A stretch of 64,000 bases of DNA from contig MGFX01000007.1 in NCBI GenBank assembly GCA_001792115.1, forward strand, positions 5,265 through 69,264. Reading direction: 5' to 3'. This document shows positions 9,307 to 20,012 of the stretch, in pieces. The stretch comes from Candidatus Woesebacteria bacterium RBG_16_42_24 (GTDB lineage Bacteria > Patescibacteriota > Microgenomatia > UBA8517). The notes under the pieces are model-generated. The model was not told the DNA's origin, made no database searches, and saw only the letters and a list, made by a program, of their open reading frames with translations. Made by a program: the position numbers and the translations under genes. The stretch's first letter is position 1. Each line of letters starts with the position of its first letter.

Positions 9307-9948
9307 TTACACAAAATTAGAGTTTTTCAAAAGTACTCTTAAGGCCCCGATGGATGAATCCTCACCGTGGCCACTATAAACCTTGGTCTCGCTCGGGAGT
9401 TTTAGAATTTTTCTCAAACTATTTAAGAGATTGTCTTTTTCGGAATATCTAAAGTCGTACCTACCGATACTTCCATCCGAAAATACTAAGTCTCCGACAA
9501 ACACCAATGATCCCTTCATAGAGTAAAGGCTTACACTCCCAGGTGTGTGCCCGGGCGTAGCAAGGACTGAAAAAAAACTATTCCCAATCTTAATCTTGTC
9601 TCCATTTTTAAGATATTTAGTTATTATCGGCGGCAAGTCCTCTCCAACGCCCGTAGCAAGTTTTGAAGAACTTATCATTCTAGCCAGTAAAAATTCGTCC
9701 CTTTTATTCATAAGAAATGGAATGTCTAAAGCAAGCATAAGGTGGGTCGCCGCCAAAATATGGTCAAAATGTCCGTGGGTTGCGACAATTGCCAGAGGTT
9801 TTAATTCCCTTCTTCCTATTTCCTGCAAAATAAAATCGGGTGCGTCTCCCGGATCAATTATTATTGCCCCGCGGCTGCCCTTATCGAAGGCAAGATAACA
9901 GTTCGATTGCAAAGGGCCCAAAGTAAGAGTTATTACGGTCAAACCCAT
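9307..9948 (-). CDS. MBL-fold metallo-hydrolase (hydroxyacylglutathione hydrolase-like)
   Basis: HGHFDH motif (VATHGHFDHILAA), downstream TPGHTPGS and SGHGEDS motifs. Confidence 0.8.
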   Translation of the reverse strand: MGLTVITLTLGPLQSNCYLAFDKGSRGAIIIDPGDAPDFILQEIGRRELKPLAIVATHGHFDHILAATHLMLALDIPFLMNKRDEFLLARMISSSKLATGVGEDLPPIITKYLKNGDKIKIGNSFFSVLATPGHTPGSVSLYSMKGSLVFVGDLVFSDGSIGRYDFRYSEKDNLLNSLRKILKLPSETKVYSGHGEDSSIGALRVLLKNSNFV

Positions 9949-10317
9949 TTAATCAACAGTGATTATTTTAGCTTTTGTTACTCGTTCTTCACGAACTTCA
10001 ATTGCTACTACTTCGATGAGCAGTTTTTTGGGTAAATTCGAATTTAATAAAGAAAAATACTCGGCTGTCCTTTTTATTCTTTGAAGTTTCCAGGGAGTAA
10101 CGGCCTCCTCGGGTTTCCCAAATTTTTCACTCCAACGAGTTTTAACCTCAATAAAGACTAAGACTCCGTCTTTAAGGGCTACTATATCGATTTCGCCAAA
10201 CCGGCAGCGAAACTTTGTGGTGAGTATTTTATAACCACGCTCATAAAGAAACTTTTTCGCGAATTTCTCACCTTTATCCCCAAAATATCTTGTCGGGAAT
10301 TTTGCTCTCGCAGACAT
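9949..10317 (-). CDS. YraN-family (UPF0102) endonuclease
   Basis: GEKFAKKFLYERGYKIL...GEIDIVALKDGVLVFIEVKTR signature. Start placed at the internal ATG (MSARAKF) to avoid overlap with rplS. Confidence 0.65.
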   Translation of the reverse strand: MSARAKFPTRYFGDKGEKFAKKFLYERGYKILTTKFRCRFGEIDIVALKDGVLVFIEVKTRWSEKFGKPEEAVTPWKLQRIKRTAEYFSLLNSNLPKKLLIEVVAIEVREERVTKAKIITVD

Positions 10318-10318
10318 T

Positions 10319-10669
10319 TCACTTGGAGACCTTCGTCGAACCTCTGGTGTAGATCTTCTCAATCTCCCTTGGAGATTTTTCCCTTAGATAGAAAAGTTTT
10401 GCCCGTCTTACACCGGAAGTACCTTTTTTTATGATTTCAATCTTTTCTATGGTTGGAGCCTCTAACGGAAATATTTTTTCGATGCCGACCTTAGCTTCAC
10501 CAATTCTTCTGACGCAAAAACTATGGTTTCCGGCATCCCCCCTAATTGAAATTACTAATCCTTCGAAACTTGTGCTTCTTTGTTTCTGCCCTTCATTGAT
10601 TCTCTGATTGACTCGAATTTTATCGCCAACGCCAAATTCTACTTCTTTATGCTTAATTATTAGTGCCAT
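10319..10669 (-). CDS. rplS: 50S ribosomal protein L19
   Basis: 116 aa; FCVRRIGEAKVGIEKIFPLEAPTIEKIEIIKKGTSGVRRAKLFYLR matches the L19 core. Confidence 0.85.
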   Translation of the reverse strand: MALIIKHKEVEFGVGDKIRVNQRINEGQKQRSTSFEGLVISIRGDAGNHSFCVRRIGEAKVGIEKIFPLEAPTIEKIEIIKKGTSGVRRAKLFYLREKSPREIEKIYTRGSTKVSK

Positions 10670-10675
10670 AGGCGC

Positions 10676-13600
10676 CTATTCTACACGAGATGGCTCGCCG
10701 ACATCAAGGACATTCGAGATTTGTTTGGCTAAAGTTTCATCCCAGGATATCTTAAAGGGGAGCGTCAGTTTATGAGCGTTTCCAGCGAAAACTAGTACAA
10801 CTTCGTGTTCTCCCTGAGATGCCACCAGAAGCTTTTTCAAATCCCTTAACTTACTTAGGGAAATGTTCTTTGGCACTTTAATAAAAACTTGTTTTGTCCC
10901 TTCCCCAATAGTCTCAAGCGTATCAATTGCTTCAGCAATTAGAGAAGGATTATCCTCACGGCTGTCAACCTTACCGGTTACTAGAACGGGTTTGTAATCA
11001 ACCCAGTAATTTCTGGTTTTATCGAATATCCTTGGAAAAACGACAACTTCTATAGAACCCGTGTCGTCCTCAACCCGAACAAAAGCCATCTCCTGCGAGG
11101 TTCTTTTTGTAACTATTATTCTCACGTCAGAGACAACTCCGGCGACGCGTACGGTTTCACCAAAGGTTTGATTAGGAGAAATTTCGAAAATCTTGTGGGT
11201 TACTTCGTGAGACAAAGGTCCGATAAGTTCCCCGACGGGTCGGGCCGAAAGGGAAAAACCTAAAAGTTGTCTCTCGAGTGCCTGAAGCTCTTCGTCCGAA
11301 AACTCAGCTACGTTACCGAGAAGTCCCTTCACCTCAATTTTTTTGACAGCATTTTCTTCCCTTACATTAAATAAATCTTGCTGCCCGGATAGGCGCGCTG
11401 GCTTTGTAGTTTTTCCTCTAACTTCATCCAAAACCGAAAGAAGCGCTGCCCGGTTACCAAAAGCCTCAAGCCCACCAACCTTTATTAAGCTTTCTAATAC
11501 TTTTTTATTCACCCGCCGCGCGTCGACTCTACCGCAAAAGTCTGCCAGAGACGAAAAGGGCCTTTCCTTACGTGCGGAGAGAATTGCCTCTATTGCAGCA
11601 ACGCCCACATTTTTAATTGCCGATAGACCAAACCTAATGCCTCTTTTGGTTAAAGATTGCCTGTCAGAAGTTATACTAAAACCTACATTGCTTTCATTGA
11701 TATCAGGTGGTAAAACTTTTATTCTCATTCTTCGGCATTCGGATATGGCTGCTGAAATCTTCTCGCTATCTTGGCTTTCGGCAGTTAAAAGAGCGTTCAT
11801 GTATTCGACCGGAAAATTTGCTTTCATGAAAGCTGTTTGATATGCAACCATTCCATAGCTCGCTGCATGTGCTTTATTAAATCCGTATCCTGAAAATGGC
11901 TCTATCAATTTGAATAGCTCTTCTGCTCTTTCCCTCTTCATACCCTTTCTTACGGCTCCATTGATAAATTTCTCCTGTTGTTTCTTCATCTCGGCTGGAA
12001 TTTTCTTTCCTACCGCTTTTCTAAATTTGTCTGCCTCCTCCCAAGTGTAACCTGAAATTTTTATGGCGGTCATAAACACGTCATCCTGATAAACGATGAG
12101 TCCATACGATTTCCCTAAATACTCTTTCATTCTCGGGTCGAAAAAAATTACTTTCTTGGGATTATTTTTACGCTCAATATATTCAGGAATGACCGCCATT
12201 GGGCCAGGTCTATATAGAGCAACCATGACCATCAGATCTTCTACCCTTGTCGGCTTAAGTTCTCTTAGATACCTCGTCATACCCGAACCCGATAGTTGAA
12301 AGACCCCCATGGTTTCACCTCGTGACAACATTTCAAAAGTTTTCTTATCATTAACAGGAATTTGATGAAGATCGATACTCACCCCTCTAGTTTTTTTAAC
12401 TATCTCTATGGAGGCTCCTAAAATAGAAAGATTCCTAAGACCAAGCAAGTCAAATTTAAGAAGTCCTACTGCTTCACCAGGAGAAACATTAGGGTCCAAA
12501 GCGTCCATGTCGTATTGGGTGATTACTTTTTTTCCTTCCGGGTCAAGCTGAATAGGGGTAAATTCGGTAATATCTGAAGGTGCAATAACAAGTCCTGCCG
12601 CGTGCACCGAAACGTGGCGCGCGTTACCTTCTACTTGCTTAGCCAAATCAATTATTTTCTTAGTGTCGCCATCCGAATCATAAAGATTTTTTAGGTCGGG
12701 TGAGACGCTTAATGCCTTATCGATACTCATGGGAAATCCTTGAGATCCCAGAGGAATAAGTTTCGATATTCTATCTCCAGAGGAATAGGGGTACCCTAAA
12801 ACTCTTGCGGTGTCTCTTACTGCTGCCCTTGCCAACATTCTTCCAAATGTGCAGATTTGGGCTACCCTGTCGTGTCCGTATTTTTCTCCCATATAGTTGA
12901 TTATCTCCTCACGTCTGTCGTCGGCTATGTCGAAATCAATATCCGGCGGGGAAGGCCTCCAAGGAGTCAGGAATCTTTCGAATGGGAGGTCATAAGTTAA
13001 AGGGCTGATGTTTACAATTCCTAACGCATAGGCCACCAATGAGCCTGCCGTTGAACCCCTGGTATTTGTCACAATAGCCTGCTCTGCTGCCCACCTCGCC
13101 ATGTCGGAAACAATTAAAAAGTAGGTAGAATATCCCTTATTTTTAATCGTATCAAGCTCATTCTCGAGTCTAAGTAGCTCTTCTTTTTTTGGTTTACCTA
13201 CCTTTGAAGAAAGGCCCGCTCTCGCTCTAATCGCCAGTTCCTCTTCTGGCGTTTTACCTTCAGTGAGGGCGTATTTAGGAAAGTACCATCTAGTCAGTTC
13301 CAAGCTAACTTCGCATTTATCAGCTATTTTAACCGTATTATCCAGGGCCTCCGGCAAGTCTGAAAATAAGTCAGCCATCTCAGCTTGCGTCTTAATATAA
13401 AAGGATGGAGAGTCGATAAAGCGTAGGCGCTTTACCTCGCTTACATTTTTCCCTGTTGCTATGCAAACAAGTGAATCTTGGGCCATAGCGTCTTCCTTTT
13501 TGATGTAGTGGGCGTCGTTAGTGGCAACTATTGGAATCCCCAAGTTTCTACTTAACCGTTTAACTCCGGCAAAAATCGTCTTTTCATTCTTCGCCATACC

Positions 13601-14191
13601 AGATAACTGTTCCTTCAACTCGGGATTGTCCGTTTCGTTGATAAAGCTGTCATATTGGTGTCTCTGGACTTCCAGATAATAATTTTTTCCAAAAACATCC
13701 AGGAACCATTTTGAGATTTGCTTTGCTTTATTAAAATCTTCTGAAATTAAGGCTTGGGCGATTTCGCCTTGGGCACACGCTGAGGTAACTATCAAACCCT
13801 TTGAATACTTAGCCAGAGTTTCCCTGTCTACTCTGGGGCGATAGTAATAGCCTTCAATATGCGCGATGGAGCTCAATTTCATCAAGTTTTGATAACCTTC
13901 ATTATCTTTGGCCAGAAGTAGTAGATGATAATTCTGAAATTTCCCCCTTTCTGGACGCTCTTTAAGAGGAACATTTGTCGTATAGCCTTCCATTCCTATT
14001 ACGGGCTTTACTCCTTCTTTGATACACTTTTTGTAAAAATCTATAACACCGTACATCGCTCCATGGTCGGAAATTGCTATAGCTTCCATCTCCAACTCTT
14101 TTATATATGAAAGTAAATCGCTAATTTTTGAGAGTCCGTCAAGAAGTGAATACTCGGTATGGACGTGAAGGTGTACGAATTTCTTGGCCAT
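10676..14191 (-). CDS. dnaE: DNA polymerase III alpha subunit
   Basis: 1171 aa; PHP domain (FVHLHVHTEYSLLDG), polymerase core, and an OB-fold region near the C-terminus. Confidence 0.9.
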   Translation of the reverse strand: MAKKFVHLHVHTEYSLLDGLSKISDLLSYIKELEMEAIAISDHGAMYGVIDFYKKCIKEGVKPVIGMEGYTTNVPLKERPERGKFQNYHLLLLAKDNEGYQNLMKLSSIAHIEGYYYRPRVDRETLAKYSKGLIVTSACAQGEIAQALISEDFNKAKQISKWFLDVFGKNYYLEVQRHQYDSFINETDNPELKEQLSGMAKNEKTIFAGVKRLSRNLGIPIVATNDAHYIKKEDAMAQDSLVCIATGKNVSEVKRLRFIDSPSFYIKTQAEMADLFSDLPEALDNTVKIADKCEVSLELTRWYFPKYALTEGKTPEEELAIRARAGLSSKVGKPKKEELLRLENELDTIKNKGYSTYFLIVSDMARWAAEQAIVTNTRGSTAGSLVAYALGIVNISPLTYDLPFERFLTPWRPSPPDIDFDIADDRREEIINYMGEKYGHDRVAQICTFGRMLARAAVRDTARVLGYPYSSGDRISKLIPLGSQGFPMSIDKALSVSPDLKNLYDSDGDTKKIIDLAKQVEGNARHVSVHAAGLVIAPSDITEFTPIQLDPEGKKVITQYDMDALDPNVSPGEAVGLLKFDLLGLRNLSILGASIEIVKKTRGVSIDLHQIPVNDKKTFEMLSRGETMGVFQLSGSGMTRYLRELKPTRVEDLMVMVALYRPGPMAVIPEYIERKNNPKKVIFFDPRMKEYLGKSYGLIVYQDDVFMTAIKISGYTWEEADKFRKAVGKKIPAEMKKQQEKFINGAVRKGMKRERAEELFKLIEPFSGYGFNKAHAASYGMVAYQTAFMKANFPVEYMNALLTAESQDSEKISAAISECRRMRIKVLPPDINESNVGFSITSDRQSLTKRGIRFGLSAIKNVGVAAIEAILSARKERPFSSLADFCGRVDARRVNKKVLESLIKVGGLEAFGNRAALLSVLDEVRGKTTKPARLSGQQDLFNVREENAVKKIEVKGLLGNVAEFSDEELQALERQLLGFSLSARPVGELIGPLSHEVTHKIFEISPNQTFGETVRVAGVVSDVRIIVTKRTSQEMAFVRVEDDTGSIEVVVFPRIFDKTRNYWVDYKPVLVTGKVDSREDNPSLIAEAIDTLETIGEGTKQVFIKVPKNISLSKLRDLKKLLVASQGEHEVVLVFAGNAHKLTLPFKISWDETLAKQISNVLDVGEPSRVE

Positions 14192-14193
14192 TT

Positions 14194-14769
14194 TTAAATA
14201 ACCTGCCCTTTTTTTCCTTGCTTAACACCGTACATAGCTTTTTCGGCTAACTCCAAAGTTTGCTCAAAACTTAAGTCTCCGGAATTGTAGGCAAACCCTC
14301 CGCTTATTAAAAAACTAGGTTTAAAACTCCTCTCAATATTTCTCCAAGCTATTTTCGCGTCTTCCTCATACCCTCCCGGTAGGAACATTATAAACTCATC
14401 TCCCTGAGTCCATCTGCCGTATAAGTCGCGCGCTCTAGCCGAGAAACGAAGGGCATTAGCCGCCAGCTTCACCCAATAATTTCCTTCCTCATGGCCCACC
14501 AAGTCATTAATTTGACCCAAATAGTTTAGGTCTAAAAAGAGAACCGAGTAGGGTCCCCCTCGGGTTTTTTTTAGCTCTTCTCCAACCCTGTTTGTGAAAC
14601 CTCTCTTGTTTAATATTCCTGTTAGGGCGTCGCGCTCGGCTTCCGCTTCTTTTTGGGCCAGCATATCTCCGACTACCTCTGGAGATTTGCCTTTCACCCA
14701 ATTTTTCCAAAAGGTCCTTCTTCCTTCCACCCGGGGATCTTCTTGTGGGACTATTTCCGTCTCGTCCAT
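14194..14769 (-). CDS. Stand-alone GGDEF-domain protein (diguanylate cyclase-like, variant TQGDEF motif)
   Basis: LTGILNKRGF, VLFLDLNYLGQINDLVGHEEGN (the DxDxFKxINDxxGH block), RWTQGDEFIMFLP, and C-terminal AEKAMYGVKQGKKGQVI (the ADxALYxAKxxGRN block). No sensor, EAL or HD-GYP domain. Confidence 0.65.
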   Translation of the reverse strand: MDETEIVPQEDPRVEGRRTFWKNWVKGKSPEVVGDMLAQKEAEAERDALTGILNKRGFTNRVGEELKKTRGGPYSVLFLDLNYLGQINDLVGHEEGNYWVKLAANALRFSARARDLYGRWTQGDEFIMFLPGGYEEDAKIAWRNIERSFKPSFLISGGFAYNSGDLSFEQTLELAEKAMYGVKQGKKGQVI

Positions 14770-14771
14770 TT

Positions 14772-16082
14772 TTATTCCTTTATTTTATCTAGAAACAAAC
14801 TGTTAATCAGACTAGGATTTCCTTTCCCTTTCAGTTTAGCTTGCACCTGGCCGATGAGAAAACCTAAAACCTGGCCCTTTCCTTTTTTGTAATCATCTAC
14901 GGCTTTCTTTTGTTCTTCAAGAACTTCGCTGACTGCCTTTTGGGTTTCTTCCCTATTTGCGTATTCTACTCCGGTTAATTCTAATATTTTCTTAATCAGA
15001 CCTTCTGGTTCCGGAAATTCTCTATCGAGATTTTTATTCACCATAAGCTCAGCAATAAGTCCGGGGGGGATGTTTTTGGTCTTTCCCACCTTTACCGCTT
15101 TATCGAAATACTGAACTCTTTCCTTTTCTAAAACAATAATTTGCGTATAGTCATTCCTTAGACCGTATTCTTGGGTTAGGCGATTTCGAACCTGGGAAGG
15201 AGATTCTGGGAGCGCCTTTTGCACCTCTTTTATTTCCTCGTCTGAAAATCTCAAAGGAGGAATGTCTGGTTCGGGAAAATAGCGGTAGTCTTGGGCCTCT
15301 TCCTTTGTTCTTTGGGAAAAAGTTGTCCTTTTGGTCTCATCGTAGCCTCTTGTTTCTTGAACAACCTTTTCTCCCGAGGTGATCAGTTTTATTTGTCTAG
15401 CAATTTCCGAAACGATCGCTTTGTCTAAAAACTTAAAGGAGTTGATATTCTTGAGCTCAACTTTGTAGTTTGGAACTTGAGCGTCTTGGGAAACGGAAAC
15501 GTTAGCTTCAAGTCTCATCGAACCTTTCTCCATATCAGCACTTGATATACCCAGATATCTAACTATCATTTGAATCTCTTTCAAAAACTTTATAACTTCT
15601 TCTACACTTGCAAAGTCCGGTTCGGTAACCATCTCAAGGAGTGCTACGCCGCTTCTATTAAAGTCAATCAGGGTCACCTTTTTTCCATTGACCTCGGTAT
15701 GTTGGAGTTTCCCGGTATCTTCTTCAATATGAATTCTTCTTATCCTAATTTTCTTGCCGATAGGACTCTCCCACACGCCCCCTAGGCAAAGGGGTATGTC
15801 ATATTGGCTTATTTGATAAGCTTTGGGCAAATCAGGGTAAAAGTAGTGCTTTCTATCAAATTTGGAAAAGGAATTTATCCGACAGGAAAATGCCAAACCT
15901 AGGGAAATTGTTGAGTCTATGGCTTTTTTGTTCACATATGGAAGCGCACCGGGAAGACCCAAACATATCGGGCAAACCTGGGTATTTGCTTTTTTGCCAA
16001 AATGATCAGACGAGCACCCACAAAACATTTTTGTTTTTGTGCTTAATTCTATATGTACTTCTAATCCTATAACCGGTCTCAT
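14772..16082 (-). CDS. gatB: Asp/Glu-tRNA(Asn/Gln) amidotransferase subunit B
   Basis: [24 protein letters not shown]-terminus and GatB catalytic core, with a shortened C-terminal tail. Confidence 0.85.
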   Translation of the reverse strand: MRPVIGLEVHIELSTKTKMFCGCSSDHFGKKANTQVCPICLGLPGALPYVNKKAIDSTISLGLAFSCRINSFSKFDRKHYFYPDLPKAYQISQYDIPLCLGGVWESPIGKKIRIRRIHIEEDTGKLQHTEVNGKKVTLIDFNRSGVALLEMVTEPDFASVEEVIKFLKEIQMIVRYLGISSADMEKGSMRLEANVSVSQDAQVPNYKVELKNINSFKFLDKAIVSEIARQIKLITSGEKVVQETRGYDETKRTTFSQRTKEEAQDYRYFPEPDIPPLRFSDEEIKEVQKALPESPSQVRNRLTQEYGLRNDYTQIIVLEKERVQYFDKAVKVGKTKNIPPGLIAELMVNKNLDREFPEPEGLIKKILELTGVEYANREETQKAVSEVLEEQKKAVDDYKKGKGQVLGFLIGQVQAKLKGKGNPSLINSLFLDKIKE

Positions 16083-17335
16083 ACACTCTCCTTATTGGTT
16101 AAAAATTTATCCCCATAATTTCGGGAAAAGAAAAAGGCCGAAAAAGTTAGTGTGACGAATACAAAAAGTAAAAGTCTGACACCGAAAAGCTCGCTAACGG
16201 CTCCTGAAAAAAGTACAGGAAAAACAGTTGCAATGGTTGCTAAAAACCAGAAATTACCAAAAACCCTCCCCCTTAAACCTCCCGGCGTATTCTCCTGCAA
16301 AAAAGTCTGGGATGGAATTACAATGCCTATTGCGGAAAATCCCGCCAAAAAAATTGCTCCTCCTCCAATTAATGTCTTCATTATTATTCCCAACTCAGGA
16401 ACTAAAAAGGTGAAAAAGAGAAGCGAGAGGGAAAGAAGTAATAGAGAATTCTCTATAACCAGTTTCTTTCGAAAACCCCTCCTAAGAAGTTTGCTGATAA
16501 GAAGCGAGCCCGTTACTGCACCCAAGACAGCGCTAATGACGATAAATATGATTCCGGAATTTAAATTGAATCGAAAAATATCCACAACAATGAGTGGGGT
16601 ATTAATAAGAATGGTAGCCATGGTAATTTGGAAACCCAAAAGAAACAGGAAAGGAACAAGAACGTGTCTATTTTCCTTTATAAATTTATAACCTTGAAAT
16701 ATCCTTTCGAAAAAATTTACAATACCTTCTTCAAAACGTACAGGTAATTCCTCGCTCGGCTGTATTTTAGGCAGAAGGCTGACTGACACAAAAGCCAGAA
16801 AAAGGAAAAAGGAAGCCACAAAAAGTGTAGTTGCAAACCCCAGTAAATGGTTCAAAATACCGGCTGTTAAAAACCCGACTATAATCGAGCCCTGTTGGGT
16901 CATGAAAAATAAGCTGTTTGCAAAAGGTAGGTGCTTTTTCTCGACTAAGGAGGGTAAAGAGGCAGCCTCTGCGGGTACATAGAATTGATTTAAAAACGCA
17001 TAGCCTACAGTTGCTCCGTATAGAAGAAATATGCCCTTTGTGTAATTTAAGGCATAGAGAAAAATAACAAGAGACTGCAGTAAATTTGTAATTATTAAAA
17101 CAGAACGCCTATCCACCATATCTACAATGGCTGCGCCGAAAGGCCCGACGACAATTGCCGGGAGTGCATAAGAGACCCAAAGCAGTGAAGTAGCAATTGA
17201 AGAGCCGGTAGTAGAGAAAAGTTTAATTAAAAGAACAAAATTTGTCAGATTAATTGTGATCTGGGAAAAGATTTGGGAAATCCAAAGGTACAAAAATTTA
17301 CTATTTTTGACGACCGGCCTAAATTCTTTCAGCAT
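16079..17335 (-). CDS. MFS transporter
   Basis: 418 aa with ~12 predicted TM helices; the MFS D-R/K-x-x-R-like loop is seen as VDMVDRRSV. Confidence 0.65.
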   Translation of the reverse strand: MLKEFRPVVKNSKFLYLWISQIFSQITINLTNFVLLIKLFSTTGSSIATSLLWVSYALPAIVVGPFGAAIVDMVDRRSVLIITNLLQSLVIFLYALNYTKGIFLLYGATVGYAFLNQFYVPAEAASLPSLVEKKHLPFANSLFFMTQQGSIIVGFLTAGILNHLLGFATTLFVASFFLFLAFVSVSLLPKIQPSEELPVRFEEGIVNFFERIFQGYKFIKENRHVLVPFLFLLGFQITMATILINTPLIVVDIFRFNLNSGIIFIVISAVLGAVTGSLLISKLLRRGFRKKLVIENSLLLLSLSLLFFTFLVPELGIIMKTLIGGGAIFLAGFSAIGIVIPSQTFLQENTPGGLRGRVFGNFWFLATIATVFPVLFSGAVSELFGVRLLLFVFVTLTFSAFFFSRNYGDKFLTNKESV

Positions 17336-17337
17336 GC

Positions 17338-18741
17338 TTATATTTCTCTCACGTTCGGTTTATAGTCGACGGCTCTCTCGTAAAGCTTTCCTAATTCAAA
17401 AAGTACGTATTCAGAAAATCTGGGGCCCAAAAGCTGAAATCCTAACGGAAGTCCGGCTTTTGTAAAACCGGAAGGCAGAGCCAATCCGGGTATTCCGGCT
17501 AGATTTCCTGCCACGGTCAAAATATCTGCGAGGTACATTTGTAAAGGGTCTGAAGCTTTCTGGCCCAATTTGAATGCCGGAGTTGGCGAAACCGGTGCGA
17601 TTATCAAGTCCACTTTTTTAAAAGCCATTTCAAAATCTTGAATGATTTTTGAACGAACTTGCATGGCCTTGAGATAATACGCATCATAATATCCTGCCGA
17701 AAGGACATAGGTGCCCAACATTATCCTACGCTTGGCCTCTTCCCCGAAACTTTCGCGTTGGTTTCCGTACCTAATTCCATCATAACGACCCAGGTTGGAA
17801 GAAACTTCTGCCGGCTGGATTATGTAGTAGACTGATATTGCGTATTTAGTATGAGGAAGTGACACTTTAACCAATTCGATTCCTTCACTTTCAAAAACTT
17901 TGGCTGCTTTCCTTACATTTTCTTCAACCTCTTTATCAATACCTCCTATAAAATATTCCTCCGGAATTCCTAACCTTAACCTGGCATTCGGCATCGTAAA
18001 TTTGGCATTTTTTACCGTCCCATCTTTCCCGTCCTCTCCCTTGGTTACATTAAATATTCTTTCTGCGTCATCCACACACTTCGTAAAATGGCCCATTGAG
18101 TCCAATGATGAAGCCATTGCAACCACTCCGTACCTTGAAACTGCTCCATACGTCGGTTTAAATCCGACAACGCCGCAAAAATTCGCAGGTTGGCGTATTG
18201 ATCCTCCCGTATCGGTTCCCGAGGCCCAAAGAGTTAAGTTCGAAGCTACACTGGCAGCCGATCCGCTTGAGGAACCCCCCGGAACATAATCCAAATTCCA
18301 AGGATTCTTAGTCGGACCAAAATCCGAATTCTCTCCGGATGCCCCGTGCGCCCAAGCATCACAGTTTGTCTTGCCTAGAGTAATTCCTCCCGCTTTATTC
18401 ACCCTATCGACATAAGTAGCCGAATATGCGGGTACAAAAGACTCTAATACTTTCGAGCCAGCTGTAGTTCGAATTCCCTCTGTCAGAAAAAGGTCTTTGT
18501 AGGAAACACAAGTTCCCAGTAAGGGGTAATCGTCAAATGCCTTTTCTTTAAAATCTTCAATTAACTTGTCTACCTTTCTGGCTTTTGTGTATGCCGACTC
18601 CTCAGAAACCGTCAGGAAGCAGTTTAGCCTGGAATTGAGAGAATTTATCCTTGCCAAATAAGCATCAACGAGCTCAACTGCCTTAATTTTCTTCCTTTTC
18701 AGGGCCTCTTGAGTAGAACTAATTGTTAAAGGAATTTCCAT
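17338..18741 (-). CDS. gatA: Glutamyl-tRNA(Gln) amidotransferase subunit A
   Basis: Amidase signature GGSSSGSAASVA, and the catalytic serine context (GTDTGGSIRQP). Confidence 0.9.
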   Translation of the reverse strand: MEIPLTISSTQEALKRKKIKAVELVDAYLARINSLNSRLNCFLTVSEESAYTKARKVDKLIEDFKEKAFDDYPLLGTCVSYKDLFLTEGIRTTAGSKVLESFVPAYSATYVDRVNKAGGITLGKTNCDAWAHGASGENSDFGPTKNPWNLDYVPGGSSSGSAASVASNLTLWASGTDTGGSIRQPANFCGVVGFKPTYGAVSRYGVVAMASSLDSMGHFTKCVDDAERIFNVTKGEDGKDGTVKNAKFTMPNARLRLGIPEEYFIGGIDKEVEENVRKAAKVFESEGIELVKVSLPHTKYAISVYYIIQPAEVSSNLGRYDGIRYGNQRESFGEEAKRRIMLGTYVLSAGYYDAYYLKAMQVRSKIIQDFEMAFKKVDLIIAPVSPTPAFKLGQKASDPLQMYLADILTVAGNLAGIPGLALPSGFTKAGLPLGFQLLGPRFSEYVLFELGKLYERAVDYKPNVREI

Positions 18742-18743
18742 TT

Positions 18744-19043
18744 CTACTTTTCTTTGGTTATGACCTGGGGCACAACAAAATAATTGTTATGAATTTTTTC
18801 TGTTCCTGAAAGAGCCTTCTCGGTGCTTAATGACTCCCCTTCCTCACTATCTTCCCGAAATACATTCGTTAACCCAGTTGTCTGACTTGTAGGTTCAACG
18901 TCTCTAGTATCGACCTCGCTTAGCTCGCTTACGTAACTTACAACGTCTGAGAGTTGTTTCTCGAACGTGGAAATTTCGGAAGGACTGAGACTAAGTTTCG
19001 CCAACTTCGCAACGTGTAGTACGTCCTTTTTAGTGAGCTTCAT
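18744..19043 (-). CDS. gatC: Glutamyl-tRNA(Gln) amidotransferase subunit C
   Basis: 99 aa; the N-terminus (VLHVAKLAKLSLSPSEISTFEKQLSDVVSYV) is typical of GatC. Confidence 0.8.
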   Translation of the reverse strand: MKLTKKDVLHVAKLAKLSLSPSEISTFEKQLSDVVSYVSELSEVDTRDVEPTSQTTGLTNVFREDSEEGESLSTEKALSGTEKIHNNYFVVPQVITKEK

Positions 19044-19085
19044 TTCACACTATGATAACTCTGGATACATAGGGGGCGCAAGGTG

Positions 19086-20012
19086 TTAAGCCATAGCTTT
19101 CAGTGCTTTTATTCTTTCCTCTAGGGGAGGATGTGTATTAAATAGGCTTGCGAACCAGTCTACGGCTCCATGGCCTTTCTCTTTAAATGGATTAACTATA
19201 TAGAGGTGTGCCGTTGCCTTATTGGCTGCCTCAAGAGGTTCGTGGTCAGAAGCAATCTTTTCTAAAGCCGATATTAAACCGATGGGCTGTCGGGTAATTG
19301 CGACGGAAGAGGAATCGGCAAAAAATTCGCGTCTTCGGGAAACCGCGAGTTGGATAAGTTGGGCAATTATTGGCGAGACTATAGCGAAAACAAGTCCCAA
19401 AAGTAAGAAGATTGCCCCTGATTCACCTTTACGATTTCCCCTCCCTCTAATGCTAACCCTAAGAAAGATATCCGCCAGGAGTGCGACCATACCCACTAAA
19501 ATAGCAACTATTGCCATAAGACGTGTGTCGAAGTTTTTTACATGCGAAAGTTCGTGGGCTATCACCCCCTCGAGTTCGGTACGATCGAGTTTTTCGAGTA
19601 ACCCGGTTGTTGCGCAGATAACTGCGTGATCAGGGTCTCGGCCTGTTGCGAAAGCATTCGGAGCGGAATCTTCAATTACATAAAGTTTTGGTTTAGGAAT
19701 TCCACTTGCAATACTTAAGTTTTCAGAAACTGTATAAAACAAGAAGTCTTTCTTTCTGTCTGCCGGGTGGGCACTTGAGATAGTCAGAATTATTTGATCG
19801 CTAAAATAGTAGCTCCCGAAACTTAATAAACCCGAAATTATTAAAGCCAAACCCGCAACTCCCAAGCCCCCTGGTTCATAGCCATAATATACGCCCAAGG
19901 CTTGGGAGATAATATACACAGCCGAGGTGACAAAAAGAATAAAAAGCACAATAATCGCTATACTCTTGCGCTTATTTGCCGCCTGTGCTTCGTAGATATT
20001 GACCATCTTCAA
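19086..20012 (-). CDS. htpX: HtpX-family M48 zinc protease
   Basis: Four TM helices, a HELSHVKN zinc motif and a downstream glutamate. Confidence 0.8.
   Translation of the reverse strand: MKMVNIYEAQAANKRKSIAIIVLFILFVTSAVYIISQALGVYYGYEPGGLGVAGLALIISGLLSFGSYYFSDQIILTISSAHPADRKKDFLFYTVSENLSIASGIPKPKLYVIEDSAPNAFATGRDPDHAVICATTGLLEKLDRTELEGVIAHELSHVKNFDTRLMAIVAILVGMVALLADIFLRVSIRGRGNRKGESGAIFLLLGLVFAIVSPIIAQLIQLAVSRRREFFADSSSVAITRQPIGLISALEKIASDHEPLEAANKATAHLYIVNPFKEKGHGAVDWFASLFNTHPPLEERIKALKAMA

Noticed and set aside
11343-12299. Antisense ORFs inside dnaE (165 aa and 67 aa), and similar antisense ORFs inside ppsA, ileS, ftsA, ftsZ and murE-murC
   Set aside because: They are fully nested in strongly supported genes on the other strand, with no motifs.
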